A stretch of DNA of 64,000 nucleotides from Setoptus koraiensis (taxonomy: Eukaryota; Animalia; Arthropoda), in contig CM106585.1 in NCBI GenBank assembly GCA_048013815.1, positions 8,184,001 to 8,248,000 of the forward strand. Reading direction: 5' to 3'. Under the pieces are notes generated by a model. It saw nothing but the letters and a program-made list of their open reading frames with translations, ran no database searches and was not told the origin of the DNA. Positions 1-14,713 of the stretch are shown here, in pieces. The translations under genes were made by a program, and so were the position numbers. The number at the start of each line of letters is the position of its first letter. Position 1 is the stretch's first letter.

Positions 1-1208
1 AGCATCTCACAATCAGTGGCCGACGGTGCGCATGTCTGTTGTTTGTAAATCAATAGTTGCTGTTGGCGCTGCATTGATGCATTGGCAGTGAGAGTACAAA
101 ACGTTGTGGCCTATAGCGTGGTGGTGGCAGCAAAAAATACAGCGTTCATCTCTCACAAGAGCGCACACTCACAATGACGAGCCAGCGAACAATCGTTTAG
201 ACTCACGCCGAACAAAACACACACAAGTTTGCGTATCGAACTTGAGCATGCTAACTGTTAGCGGCTAACAAGCATTGAGTAAAGTCGTCATCGCGATTCG
301 CCAATGTGTGTGTGTGTGTGTTTATGGATGAGACCATGGCAACAAACGCTCACTCGATTTAATCGAGTCGATTGAGCGCCATTTTGCACAGACACCGGCC
401 AGCGCTCACAATGTTGTCAGATGGAACATGGGCGATATTCGCCAACAGCTAACACAGCAGCCGCATGTTCGATATTTCCAATGTTCCACAACTCTTTCTC
501 ATTGTGTGTTGCTATGCAGAGCGCGAAAAGTGCACAAGATTCTCTCCAACGGCGCTCCACTATAGAACAAATGCCACCAATGTGTACCGCTGCCACTTAT
601 AACATGTTTATTATTCAAAGACAACTTTTGCCACAGTGGCGTATTGGTGCTGCTTTTAGCAGAGCAACTTCAATTTGGCCGCCGCTTGCATGGCCAGGCC
701 GAATCGAACGGTAGCAAGTTCAAGTTCTGCTGCAACTTGCAGTGTCTCACAAGCGAGGCAAGAGCAATGAGCGCTGATGAACTAGAATGATCGAACGTAG
801 GCAACTTTTTCTGCATTTTGCCTGCCCGCTTCATGATCAACATCGCCATCTTGGTGCATTCTAATATTTGGAGCTACTTAAACATTATGTATATATGCAA
901 CAACTCAAAATGTACGCCGAGACAGAGAGCGAGAGTGGACCGCTTCATTTGTCGTTCGCTGGCTGCACACAGCGAACACTTTCAAGTTGAATTTAAATTA
1001 GAAACATTAGACTTGCAAAGCTCCAGCATCCACTCACACACAATCACTGCTGCAGAGGCAACTGGCGAGCTGGAGCAATTAAAACTACGGCCACTTTCTT
1101 CCAATATCCATGCCCGAGAAACAGCTTAGCCGGTTGTTGCAGCCGATGCACCGTGTTGGTCACAAACAGCAGTTGCAGCAACCACATCACTTGTTGCTGC
1201 TCTTGTTC

Positions 1209-1210
<2 letters not shown>

Positions 1211-1244
<34 letters not shown>
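1211..1244. repeat. (GT)17 microsatellite
   Basis: Uninterrupted GT dinucleotide run read directly from the sequence. Confidence 0.97.
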
Positions 1245-1246
<2 letters not shown>

Positions 1247-4200
1247 GCCACTAACACTAAGCCAGCCATCCAATCTGCCAAGACCATCTTTGTGTGCGCT
1301 GGCAAACCTGGCGAATCATCAATATTCACATGAGGAGAAGAAGAAAGCCCGATAAGAACAAAAACATTGGAGGTATATTTATTTGGGTCACTCTGCAGCG
1401 ACAGCAGCAGCGGCGGCGCCACCACCACCACCTGAGCCAGACAGACGCAGCCAGTGTTAGATAAAATAGATATAACTTAATCTAACAGTCCATCTAGTCA
1501 GACGAGCCATTGCCTCACAGCGCCGGGCTCAAGCCGGCTCCAACAAGTTGGTTAGCTCGTTGGCCCACCGAGTGAAATAAAATCAACACTTGATCACACA
1601 GTAATGATCAATGATATGAAAAGGCCCATTTATATGCTCGAGGATAATCATCAATAACAAAAGTGAGAGTAACCACACAAACACACACACACAGTAACGG
1701 GAGTAGTATTAGCACCTAGTTTCGATATCAGCGAAAGTGGCAGTGGCTTTAAAAAAATGTATACCCTGTTCGTCGTTACAGGATCGCATGTTAGCCGAGG
1801 CATCTAATCTGCTCGCTCTCTGTAATACCTAACCACGCCAGGTCTGTGTGATGATGATGCCAAATGATGAATGACGCATGCCAACAAGCGACCCGAGTCA
1901 CAACTATAAGGTGTTGGCTGCTGACCTGTGCCGCTGTTGATGCGCAATGTAACTTCTCCATTTCGATTATAATAATACAAGTATGTATAAGCTATTATCA
2001 TGATGGATATAATCGACTTCTCAGCCAATAAAATTGTCCAACAAGAGGCCGCTCCACTGGCAGTCTCATGTTCCGATCAACTAGCCAACAGACAGCTAAT
2101 AGATTAGCATTACCAGGAAGGAGAGGCAAGAGCGAGGAATGAGAGCGTCAGCGAACTGCTGACGCACATGGACGCTAGAATGATAGGATTCCGTTACTTC
2201 TTTTCGTAGAATAGTTGCCTATTCTCATTGGATACATCACTAAATAGCTGCGCGGATTAGATAGCCACATTGCAAAGGCCAGAGTAAATTTATTAGACCA
2301 ATAATATGGAAATGCATCTATCAAATTGCCATCTATTGTGGCTTTATATCTTGTGGCTCAATCACACTCTCTTGGTTCGGAATTGTAGGCTTGCAATTAG
2401 TATAATATAACATGAATGGTACAGTGGCTACTATTGTTTCCATATTCATTAACGGCGTTGTTATATAGCTGATTTGCACTTTCAACCCTCACAATCCCTC
2501 ACTCACATACACACATACAAGAATCATCCTAAACACATCATTTAGAGCGAAGCCAGCGATAGATAGATCAGGCCAACGTCGTCTATCTAAACCGTTAATT
2601 TCATTAATGCTCATATAATCATCATTATTATGAGTATACGAGAAAGAGAGAGAATTTAGACCATTTCAGCGGCGTTCAAGTCAGCACGGAATCAGAGAGT
2701 TGTACTTCTTCTGCTGCTGCTGCTACTACAACTAACACCACTTTTGTTGCTGCAACAGCTAATGTAGACGTTGTTGCTGATCTGCAAGTGAACCGAATGT
2801 TGACCGTCCAGTTAAAGTTCAAACTTTGGACTTTCATTGAGATGGCATTCACCTGTTGCATGATCAACATTATGGGCATGCCTTGTTAGTTAGCTCATCC
2901 ACTGGAAATAGAGAAAGAGTAGTAGTTGCAACTTTGACTAGCCAGTCCGATTATAAGCACTCACCAAAGAAGTTCTTCACTCCCGTCCACTACACACACA
3001 CTAAGGCTCATGTATATATAAATTGTAAATGATATTGTTGGTAGTTGCTAGTTAGCAGTTGCCTGGAAAACGATGACCGGCCAGTCATTTGCAGTAGTAT
3101 TTACACCATCAGCAACACAGCAGCCGTAGCAGTCATACTGGTTATCATCGCGTAAGGTGATAAAATAGTGGATGCGATGCTAGAGACATGACGCTCGGAC
3201 TTGAAGCCTATTGTGGGTGCAATTATCTTTGATGTTTGTTGAACTGCTGGTAAATGGTCAATTTAACCCAATAAGCAGCAACAACTATCTGAAAACATCT
3301 ATACAGTTGATTAATCGCTCTCTAGCTCCCTCGAATAGATTGCATGTCCATCTCAAATATTGGTGCTGACCAAGCAATACAAGTAGGTGTTGGTTGATCT
3401 CTCAAAATAGAAAGTAACCATAGTAGGACTTGATATATCACCCAAGACATGCCTAGTGTCCTATCTTACTCTTTATGTCTTCATTAATATTATGAGGATT
3501 CCACATGAAGGTGATGATGATGGTCGTTGTCGTCGTATAAGTTACTGACAATTGTCATAAACATGCTTATAGATAGATAGACAAATGATGAATCAGCCAG
3601 TCAAGTCAAGCGCATGTCACATAAACGTCAAACGGCAATGAATAGGCGACATCAAATAGCAAAGTATCTTATTTGCATGGTCATGTCGTGTTGTCTTCAC
3701 TAGATTTGACAGGCAGTATAAAGACAGCTTGACAGCATGCAAGCACGATGAAAAGTGTTGCATGCGACATCATTTGGTGGCATCCTCTCACGGAAAAATT
3801 TATTGCGAGGTCATTGGCCAGTAATCAATATTAACACTTATTAATGGTGACAGACTAACTAATAACATACAAATTGCGTCCACACTAAGTTGGCAAGACG
3901 ATAATATATTTATTTAGGGTGAACCGTTACCTGATGGCACCTATCATAGCTATTTATGTCAATATGACAAGACATAACAAGTGTGTGAATCACAAGATAG
4001 TGGTAAATAGTTGAATTAGTGTTAGTGATAAATTTAATTTGAAACCAAATAATTCACAAGGGTTAGATAATGAATGACGAGGAAGAGACAGACAGACAAA
4101 GACAAAAATAACTTCAACAATTGAGTTGTTTTTGGCTTTCTCCACTTTGAGCTAACTCGAGTGCACAGGTGATCATTTTACAAGAACTGCATCACACAAC

Positions 4201-7200
4201 GGAATAAATCAGAATCAAAATCAGCCAGCAACATCAATATAATGTAAATCCAATTGGAACTATCCAGTCTGAGCGAATCGGTCGCCTCATTATCGGCGAT
4301 GCTCACATTCATTAGTGTAAAAAAAAGATAGCGACAGAAAAGAGCAAGACTTCTCTCTAAGCATAACATAGCGGAAAGAAACTCATTAGTGAGTCACAAT
4401 CACTGAGCGAGAATGATTATTAGACACACCGAGCATTGGTTTGTTTTTGATCATTCATGTGTGTGATCCCGACAACATTCCTTATATATTGCCATCGATA
4501 TACTATAGTAGTCTGTTGTGAAAATGTCCCTTGAGAAGGAAACTTGAGAAAAAGAAACAGAGAGCAACTTCCTTCCTAACAACAATTTGCTATAGCTTAT
4601 AAACAACAAATCATTCTGTTAGCGAGCGCCGTAGATTAATTATTTGCGTCCGATCATTCCAATTCTGCAATGATTGTGATCTCATTTTGTTCGCCAGTTA
4701 CCAGATCCCACTGTCTAATTTCACTATATATATAAAGTACATGATAGATAGACTCGTCATGTCTCTCATCAAAAACTATGGCGGCGTCAAATGAGCTTGC
4801 ACACAGACCATTCAGATTATTTGTAACTAGAATTTCCAGCATCCCATTGGTTGCTTCATTATAAAGTAGAGGTATAGTTGGAGAGAGAAAAGCAAACAAA
4901 ATAATTTTCGCCACTCTTATTCGGTTGTGTCCAGCGGCATTTGACTCGATCTGAGTCTCGATGGCAAGCAAGTATTCACCGTGCCTGCTGCTAGTGTTGT
5001 TGCGTCGAGTCGCATGTGAGTAATTTATCTGGATGTGTTGGTCGATCGAGGCTGTTACGGTCAAACACCTCATGCCTCGGGCTTCTCATTTTATAAATAA
5101 GTTTTCTTCGTTCCAATCTAAACCAATGTTTACATTTGTTCATTGTTATTGCTAACTTCGCTCATCATGACACACAGCGCTCACTCTCACTATTATGTAA
5201 CCAATTCCTTGACTAACTAACTTTATCTGCTTACACTCAATGTGTATATCAATTGCATGTTGGTTGCATAGTCTAGTTGCCAGAACACGATGCATGGGAT
5301 CATTAGCATTTTACTACAAGAGTATTTAATCTAGATATAATTTTCTGCATCATCAGAGCCAAAGTAGCAGCAGCAACAACAACAATAATATAGAGTGTAT
5401 CTCAAGCTGGGCCTTCAGGAACACAGTGCTTTGATTGAAGAAGTGTTTTTATTCGCAGACACTTTAACAATCCCAAGTATTTGTTGTTGATGAATTTGAA
5501 GCGCCTATGTAGCAGAAAAACTTGTTGAGCTCGCAATGGAAGAGAGTCTGTCAACTTAAACTTGACTCATAACTGTGTCCATCGTCTTTTGTGAGTGATA
5601 ATATGATTTACCCTGGAGAGATCATTCATAGATGTTCATGTGTAATGTGACTCTTATGAAAGAAAACATTTATATAGAAGCAAACCTAATTTTGTTGCTA
5701 TATAAATGCTACATGCTATTTGTTAATGGTGGTTGCTAAGAAGGTGAGCGAAAAAGAGAATGGCATCTGTTTTATCGTCATCATCATCATCATTCGAACA
5801 ACTGCTTGATACATGCAGAAACATGCAGATAGACTGTTCTTGCTAGCAGAAAGGGAGACTGAGATTATTCAATTTAATGTTGCCAAACTGAATAAAATAA
5901 ACAGCTTCTATTAGCTTGCTGCATAATGTATCAAATATCATAAGCTATTTGGCCACCCTATGAGAGGCAGCGAAGAGCACGAAGCGAGCAAGGGGGATCT
6001 TCTCTTCTTCGTGAACAGCAATTTGGCTTACGTAATGAATCGTTTTGATGGGTGAGAGTCAATGTGTGTGTATGCCTGATGAAAGATGTGTGTGTCTGTC
6101 TACAGGCACGATTGTACCAATAGCAAGTCATTAATCATTGATAGGCCAAGATTAAAGAAAACCAAACGACGAACATTTAAAAAAGATGGATTTAATGATA
6201 TATAAATTTAGGCCAATTTGAGTGCACAAAATACACTTCACTATGGAACTTATTCTACCTTAAGCATGAGCAATCAAGTGAAAGTAACAGTAACCACCAG
6301 AACTACTGCACGATATTGATTGACATGAGATTGGGCCAGCAAATAATACGAAACAAAAAAGATCTGAGAAAACACAGTCAATCCAGTTGGTGGTCATCGG
6401 TCACTGGTCGTAAATGATACGTTGTTATTTCGAATAGAATATTTTTATTTTTAGAGTCTCTAACTCATTTGCATGAGTGCAATTAGGTTGGATCGTTGTA
6501 TAGAGTTTAGTGAGTGAGTGAATCAACAATCGAGTTTCAAGCACTAATATATGCAGCCATGTGATTGATTGCAATTCAATGAATTGGTCAATTTGGCCAC
6601 TCATTGATTTGTTTCATGGAAAAAAGCTGAACTGTTCATAATCCAGCATTGTAATGATGATAAAATATTAGCCGGTAGCCAATGGTGTAGAATGTAAGAA
6701 CATCGACAGCATCGACCCGGTTGTCAGCTCGGTGCGCTAGCATTGACCAGCCGATTGGCAATTCCATTGATATCGATGATTTTGATTTGGGGTCAAAAGT
6801 GAGCTTATCACATATAAGAGATGTGTTTACATCATTGTCACCATCAACATACATATCATCACAATATCATGTGACAATCTCAGCTTCATCACAAGTCAGG
6901 TGTTAATGTCTCAATAGTGCACTACAATCTGGCCAATCAGCCTTGGCAGTAGGGCACAAATCAAGCAAGAAATCAACTGTTGAATTAGCTTGCGAGCTGC
7001 TCATACCCGTACTTTGGTCATAAGTAATCCATCAAAATAAGTTATTATGATTGTATGTCTAGACTGACTGACTATCAGCTAGTTTCTTTTGTTCATTGAC
7101 GGCACAACAACAAATAGCAAGCAAACGGGCTAACATAATGGCCCAGATCGGAATAGCTTTTTATTGTGTGTATTATTAACTCTTTGCGGTAACAATAATA

Positions 7201-9126
7201 TCACACATTAATAGAGCCATCATCACTGCGTTGAATCATTAATCTTTATTTACCATTCTACATCTGCATTCTGCATCTTTGTTATCTGACTTTGTTTGTC
7301 TAGATGGAAGCAAGTGTATTTTGTTGCTATTCACACAACGATGTGTGTCTATGTGATTTAGCGAACAAGACGAAGAAGAAAATGATGGCATTTGCAATAA
7401 ATTGTGTGCCCTTGATAGTGGTCACCTAACTATTGGTCACTTAGCATCCCTGTTGGTCATTTGACCAGACCGAGAGTGAATGAGAGCTTGTTTGCTGCCT
7501 GAGAACCTCTACATGGCACACAAGCAAAACAGTTTATTTATTACCACACCAAATACAATCGAAACCTATGAAATAAGACATGAAATTACTGTGGTGAGCA
7601 AACGATCCGAGAAAGTGTTATTAGCTCATGATTCGTGATTCTCTTCACCCGATTGTCTGCCCGGTGACTCCGTGTGTAATGTGCATTATTTCTTATGTGG
7701 TATGTTTGTTTGTTTGTTTGTGTCTGTGTCGTTGCTGTCGTTACGATCTAGCTGGCCCCATTAATGATGTTAAAATATAATATGTTAAAAATATGCCCTT
7801 GTGTAATGGGGCTATTCGCATTATCGACTTGCTACCAGTGGACAGATACCCAAGTGCGGGCATTCTCTGTTAATCACATTCATATATACATGTGATAAAC
7901 AGAGAGGCAGAGGGAGAGAGACAGTTATGATTCATATATTTGCAAGCTCGATCACGACACTAACTGTACTTCGTGTTTGTATCAGCTAAATATTGCTGTG
8001 ATTGCTTGCTATTTGCTAGTATCCATTTTTAGCCTGTTGCACAAACACATTGGGCAATTGACACAGAAGCTATTTCTAACCCAATCAAAACGACCACTTA
8101 CACGATCAAGATGCTCATATGTGAATGATGATGAACGGCCACCACAATTTAGCTGATATAATCATTATTATTCCTGGATGCTGCTTAAATAATGTTTGTA
8201 TAATGTTATGTAATATAATAATGTGTGCATGACCGCTTGCAAAAGAAGCACCAACATAACGATGATTGCTATTGCCTTTTAGTGGTGTGCACCAAAAACT
8301 AACAAAATCCTGTTGTGTTATCTCAATTTGTTGTGAAAATGGCCCGATCATCTTAAAGAATAAATTTGATCATTCATTTTTCACTCGTTCTTCATTTGTA
8401 ACAAATTACCAAGAAGAAGCAGAAGAAGAAGAATCTTGTCAGAGAAGGCATTTTTCTTTTCTTTCCAATCTAACAACTAAACTAACAAACTAAACATGGT
8501 CATGTTTGTACTTCAAAATGTGTCTTATTGCGGCATGTCAAGACATAAACATGCCAAGTTTAATTTCTCATAACAGTTATGATGACCATTAACACTTGTT
8601 CATTCCTTAAATTGCATTGTCTTCCCACTTTGGCCCCATTATGACCGCTGTTGTGTGTCTTTGGGCCAAGAGATTAATTCAATATGGAAAAGATGGCATG
8701 ATATAAATTACAAGCACAAGCGGCATATAACAAAAAAGAGCGGCTTGTCCATCGTAAATCTATCACATGTCGTCGGGCAATTGTTCTCACTTCATCTCTG
8801 TGTACTGTCTATGAAACTGTTTAAAATGATGAACGGAGGTCATAACAATCATTATTTCCTATCTGAAAACTATTATCCCAGTTAGCTGTGTCTGAGTTTG
8901 GATCGTCAAGCTATCAGTTAGCCGGGGTCAATGAATAACCGTGCGCCAATTGAATACGAATCAAATCAAATTAAAACAATTTTCTGATTTCATAAGTAAC
9001 CATTTTTCCTGTTTATTTCCTCTCCACACATCCTGTCCAATTTTCCGATGTCTTTATTATTATTCCGTTTGCTTCGCTTAATTGGGTAACTAACGTTCTA
9101 TTTGTAATGGGCACAATTTATAATAG

Positions 9127-12100
9127 GACACGACACAGAAGGAGCCAGAGTTAGCATCAAGCTCCGGTGCCAACCAACAGAAAGATGAGATGAGAAAAAA
9201 TAATAATAAAATTAAATCATCCAGCGAGCCTGATGATAATGGAGCCGAGGCAAGAGACAAAGTCGATGCTGACAGTAGTTCCGTGGCTAATAGGAAACAA
9301 CATAAAGAAAGAGACAGGGATCTCAGTAATGGCAACGATTCATCATTGAACACAAACGACAACGCATCCAGGAGCAATGAAAAGGGTGCCATGGGTAATA
9401 ATAATAACAATGACAATAAAAATAATAAAAATGACCACTTATCATATCATCAAAATCAGAGACAGCAGCATGTTGAACGCAAGACAGATATTTTACCCAA
9501 AAATAAAGGTGTACTTGCCCAAAGTGTTTATATCGTCTCTTCAGGTAAGTGTTTATAGAGATAAGCCATTAGTTTATAATCTGTGCTAATGCTTACCACC
9601 TCGTATTTTTGTTAAGTGTCCGCAGCGCAATGATAGTTAACTGTCTCGGAAGTTGTCATATTAACGCATCATCATAATCATCTTCTTTTGTGCATCGCTC
9701 CTCATACCATGATCGAAATCAACATTAACAAAAAAATAGGCCAACAAGATAACAACAAGAACAACAGCGGCAACTTTAAGGATGGCGAGGAGAGAAGGAA
9801 AGCCTCAGAGTCATCAGACAACAATGACCAATCACCAGTGTTGTTGAATAATGTCGATATGAATGAGTTTGAAGCCATTGTAAATGGTATCGCAACCACT
9901 ATAACGGCAACATCAACAGAAAGCGAATTGCCCACTGAAACAAACTCGGACTCAACTACAATCGATTCACTTGTTTCCGACAACGCCGATGGAAATATTG
10001 ATTTTGCCACAGGCGACAATACTGATGAGCGAGACAAAAAATCGACAGGTGAACATGTTGCCGAGGTTATTGATCATATTGTGGAGCAGCGACGACAACA
10101 AACGATAGCCAATGATGGATCGGGCGATGGCGATAACGGTAAAATGCCTCAGATAGTTGTTGTGGCTCCCGTTGGTGGCGGACAGCATCTCATGAAAGCG
10201 CACAGTCTAGTTAAGGCTCAGGATAGTAACAAAGAAATTGTTAAAAAACCAACAAATCAGACCGTGATAGTCAAGGGTAAACAGGCAAAATTTGTCTCGG
10301 GCTCAACGGGGCCCTCGGCAAACGACACCGGCAAGAATGCAGAAAAGCAATCACAACCAAAGAAACTGATTAACACGCCACAGCAATTGTTCACTCAATT
10401 GCACGCCAAACAAATTAGAAGTCGCCCGTTGGCGGCTCGACTCATTGGACCGCAAACAACAACATTGTCGCCATTTGATCTTGACTCTTTGTCGAGCACC
10501 AAACAGGCAATCCGTTATTCCGAGCCAGTAGAGGTGATAAATGACGACGACACAGACGATAGAATGTTGAGGTCCGAATCTCAAGCATCGCCCATCATGA
10601 TGCTGGCAATGAGGGCTAACAACGACAACAATGAGCCAACTAGTTATCAGCAGCAACAATTCACAGGCCCGAGCAGCAATTATCCCGTGCCAGAGCTCAC
10701 TGACAATGAGCATCACAGGTCGTTGTTGATTAGTAACGCAGATGAGCCAAGTCAATTGACGTCCGGCGAGTACCAATCCGACAGCATTCATACGTCACAA
10801 ATATCAGCGATACGATCGAGACTGCCCCGTCACGAGACCGTTTTTGGTCTGGTGAGCGAGGCCCGAGATCCGGCCGGCTTGAACGCATACAACAAACTGG
10901 CCAACAAAGCAGCCTATCAGCACCAATTGAATGCAACAAATGAACAAAAAAGTAGTAGTAGTAGTAGCAGCAGCGGCAATGTTGAGGCCCCAGCAGCCGT
11001 GAGAACAGCGGAACAATTGATCAAGGAGCACATATCACGTTCGACGCAGCGCTCTCAAAACCGTGGCCAGACTATGCTTGTATCGCCGGCACACCAGCAA
11101 CAACAGCAACAACAACAGCAGTATAACAACAAACAAAACAACTACAATGTCATGAGAAATCAAAACAATATCAATGCGGACAATGGCGCGCCACAGCAAG
11201 CCCAGATCCAATTAAATGTGAGGCCCAAATATGCCCAAGAACAAGAGAAGCCACAAAACACCGAGTCACCCGTGCAGATGCAGCAGAGGCCCGAGACGAG
11301 GCCGAATCGGGAATTTATCAGCAGCAGCACAACTGAACAGAGCGTGCCGTCGTCGTCGTCGATATCACCGGAAGACGTCACTAACAGTCGACAGTTCACC
11401 AATCGAGCCAACACATATCAGCATGATGGCTCGGACAACGTCAGATCACCAGTTATGATTGAAAGCCAACCACAACAGCAACAACATTACATTGCCAGCC
11501 AAAGCGAGTACGCACCCGCTCAAAGTTTGGAACACGGTGTACAATCTCAACAGGTGGTCACCATTGAGTATCCGATGGCTAAACAGGACAGGGCGCCAGC
11601 GGTAGCAGCAGTGGCCCCGATGGCCCCAATGCCAGACGAGCTGACATCCGCACAATACAACCAGGCGCCGCAGCAACAAGTACCTAGTTCCGGTTCGTCA
11701 GGTCTACCTCAATTTGCCGATCAAGAATACAACGTTCCGGCTCATTTAGCTGATTCAGTCATTAACGATCTCCAAAAGTCAGCTTCAACACTGGAAATAT
11801 ATCAAGGTCCGGTGATGCAGCAGCGCCAGCCAAATCAATCGCCAGCAGCAAGCTCAAATCAAGCGCCCCAGACATTCAATCAATTGAGCTCAGAGCAGCG
11901 ACTGCAAATAATGAGCCAGATACTGAGGATGCAAGAGGACGATATTAGATCGCGGATGGCACAAGGACGGGCCAATCAGGACGAGATATTTGCTCTTGAG
12001 ATGAGGAAGAGAGCCCTCAATGCGCATTTGAACGATCTAAACAAACAACAGCAACAATTGCAACAACAACAATCAAATGGACAAAACTCACAACAATTAA

Positions 12101-12974
12101 TTCCTACACTGGCCACCATGGCACAACAATCACATCATCACAATATTGTCGACAATGTTGTTGCAAGTCGGCAGCCAAGAATAGCAGACAGAATGCAACA
12201 ACAGCCAACAATAATGAATTCCGCTCTAGCTTTACAGCGTGTATTAAGCGCCACATCATCTAGTAACCCATTGAAAGCAACGCCAAGACAGGGCACTAAT
12301 TTGGCCTCGTCCAACTACGCCGACCAACAGGCAACATCGCAGCAGACAGCTATTGCGTCAGACGAGTCAGTTGGGGCCGCTCATGTGTCTCAAGATCAGG
12401 AGGCTCAGGAGTCATATGGTCAGATGCCAGCGTATCATATGCCACAGGGTGGCGGTTACGGCGGCGGCCATCATTACGGACCCAATGATCACTACGAGCC
12501 GCAGCATGACAAAAAGTCCAAAGGTATAACGTTCCATTTCGGTGGCGGACCTATAGGTAAGTTGATGAGATAGATATATGTTAAGAGGTTATCATGATTC
12601 TTTTCTTGTCGTCTAAGTCGTTGTGAATCGCATACTAACAACTGGGCCTCGTTCTGATATCCTAACCATGCCAACAATCTACGCATAATAGGAGGTGGCT
12701 CACAATTGATAACTAGCCCAATGGGCATACTGAAAAATTTCGTTTTGCCACTGATGCCCAACCCAAATGGTGAGTGCACTTACATCAATTGCTATTGAAT
12801 TTCCGTCTTGCTCAACACTAAAATTCGATATTATTTCTCATATTTTATTTAAAACTGTTTATTTGTGTGTATGCAGTTCACATGACAGGAAAAGTTGTAT
12901 TCGGGGTGGTTCTTGAGAAGAGTACAGGATTCGGGGCACAAAAGAAAAAATCCTACAAATTCTGGGGAAGGTAA
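9127..12974 (+). CDS. Large N/Q/S-rich low-complexity protein (>1100 aa) with a conserved-looking C-terminal motif; 5' end unresolved. Exons about 9127-9544, 9740-12556, 12692-12769, 12877-12974
   Basis: A 961-codon ORF joins flanking exons through GT-AG introns with matching phases (TCAG/gtaagt 9545; ATAG/gtaagt 12557; AATG/gtgagt 12770; tgcag/ 12876). The spliced C-terminus reads GITFHFGGGPIGGGSQLITSPMGILKNFVLPLMPNPNVHMTGKVVFGVVLEKSTGFGAQKKKSYKFWGR*. AATAAA lies near 13273. The acceptors at 9126 and 9739 are best guesses. Confidence 0.75.
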
Positions 12975-13447
12975 TCAGGATATTGATAGGGATTAGTGCT
13001 TACAAAATACCTTTCGTCCTCTTCTATAACAAATTAGTATCAATGGCAATTGCAGCAACAAGGTACAAGTGATGTGATGGATAACTAGTGTAGATTTTAT
13101 CACAATCTATATATAAATATATATATATATATATAAATGCATATAAATATAATAATAATATAGTATTTTGGAACTTAAATTTCTCATTCAAATTATATGT
13201 ATTATTGACTCCGATACTAATGTATATAAGTTTCAATAGTTAGCTAAGTAAAACGGAGATTCATGTGCCACAAATAAAAAATCATATACAAAATCATTCA
13301 TGAGTCCATCCTTTCGTAAACTTCGTGTAAGTTAGTTTGATTCAGCCATTGAGGTCTTCTACTTTCCGCTTTCTAACGTATAATTGCTTGCAAGTCGCAC
13401 AAATTTTCACGGTAAACCAATACACTACAGGAAGAAAAGAATCACGA

Positions 13448-13565
13448 GGGATACGGTCGTTTCATCAACGTACATTTCATTTTCGTACACTTCATAGACG
13501 TACATTTCATATAACGAACATTTCATAGAAAGTATGTTTCATCATCGTACACTTCATAGAATAGA
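13448..13565. repeat. Left terminal inverted repeat of the MULE (partner about 14894-15008), built of ~15-16-bp GTACA(T/C)TTCAT subrepeats
   Basis: About six copies of GTACAYTTCAT plus 4-5 variable nt at each end, in inverted orientation. Confidence 0.9.
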
Positions 13566-13600
13566 CCTTTTTTATTTGTTTCGTTCATAGATATGCGATA

Positions 13601-14713
13601 TTATTCTTCGTCTACATCATCTTCTAACTCATCTGAATCGTCTCTAACTATAACAGTGAATTTTAAATTATGAGCTAAACTTCGGAAATAATCAAGAGTT
13701 GTTCGGTTGGTTCGGTCCCCATAAACTAACTTGATACTATTCTCGCGACGCGATAGCGCACTGTTTATCGGCATCAATTGCCCTGCCTCTAATCTCTCGA
13801 TTAATACTGAGGTTGAATGAGCCTCGTCGATGGATAATTCAATGCATCTCATCACACCTAGATGTTTATCACCGGACAGCGATCCAAAGCGACGGTGCCA
13901 TGCTTCCAAGAACATACTTGGTGGAAATTGCGGCGGGCGTCTGCCTCTGCCGACACTTCTACCAACAACATAAAACTTTTTGAACCAACTTACCAGAGAT
14001 GCAGCTCTTGGATCAAAACGCGCCTCCAAGTCGCGAAATGCATTCGGAATCTCTTCTGGTGGAATAAATGCCAAAGCCCATAGTTGGCGTATATTCATTG
14101 AGAAATCACTCTCACCATCACCATATATTCTCTGCAAACCTCGCGATTGCAGATTTCTCCAAACAATTTGACCTAGGTGGAACAAACATCCTTTGTGAGA
14201 TGATGTTGGCAACTCGGTTCGCACTGCGTTGATAATTGCAGTTTCGAAATCTGTCAAAACAAATCTTGGAGCAAGTAGCAGATCCAATTCTGCACAGTAG
14301 TTGGCAATAAGATCGAACATTCTTCGATACAGAGCTTCGCGCTTGTGCGACATTTAACCGTAAATACCAAAGGAACGATTTTTCTGTTCTCGTTCATACC
14401 AACCATACCGTGAATAGTATATATTTGCCTGAAGATAGTCGGGCACGATTTAAAAGTACCGTCCATTACTATCATTTCGGTTCTGCACAATCGAATTATT
14501 GAGCTCAGCACGAACTCTCTCAGCAATCATTCGAGCTCGACAATTCTGAGGTTTGTGACTTAAACTGCACTTCCAATAAAATCTGTTAGTGCTTGCCGGG
14601 TTTCCATCGCAAATGTAAGTATAACCACAATAGCAAGCAAGAGGTTTATTCTTACTTGTCTTGCTCATCCTACAATAGACATTCTCATCATTAGAATCTT
14701 CTGAAGAAGACAT
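13601..14713 (-). pseudogene. Disrupted MULE transposase (FLYWCH-like N-terminus plus MULE DDE domain)
   Basis: Three overlapping frames: 14450-14713 (CYCGYTY...FYWKC...CRAR, FLYWCH-like), 14254-14526 (VMDGTFKSCPTIFRQIYTIHG...VPLVF) and 13601-14353 (LTDFETAIINAV...GCLFHLGQ...LEAWHRRF). Two frameshifts. The typical linker between FLYWCH and MULE and the RTNN motif before LEAWH appear deleted. Confidence 0.85.

Noticed and set aside
4654-5073. 139-aa minus-strand ORF, and a possible + strand first exon MASKYSPCLLLVLLRRVA (4961-5015, donor gtgagt)
   Set aside because: No recognisable domain. The + strand candidate could not be joined in phase to the exon at 9127, so it is left unassigned.
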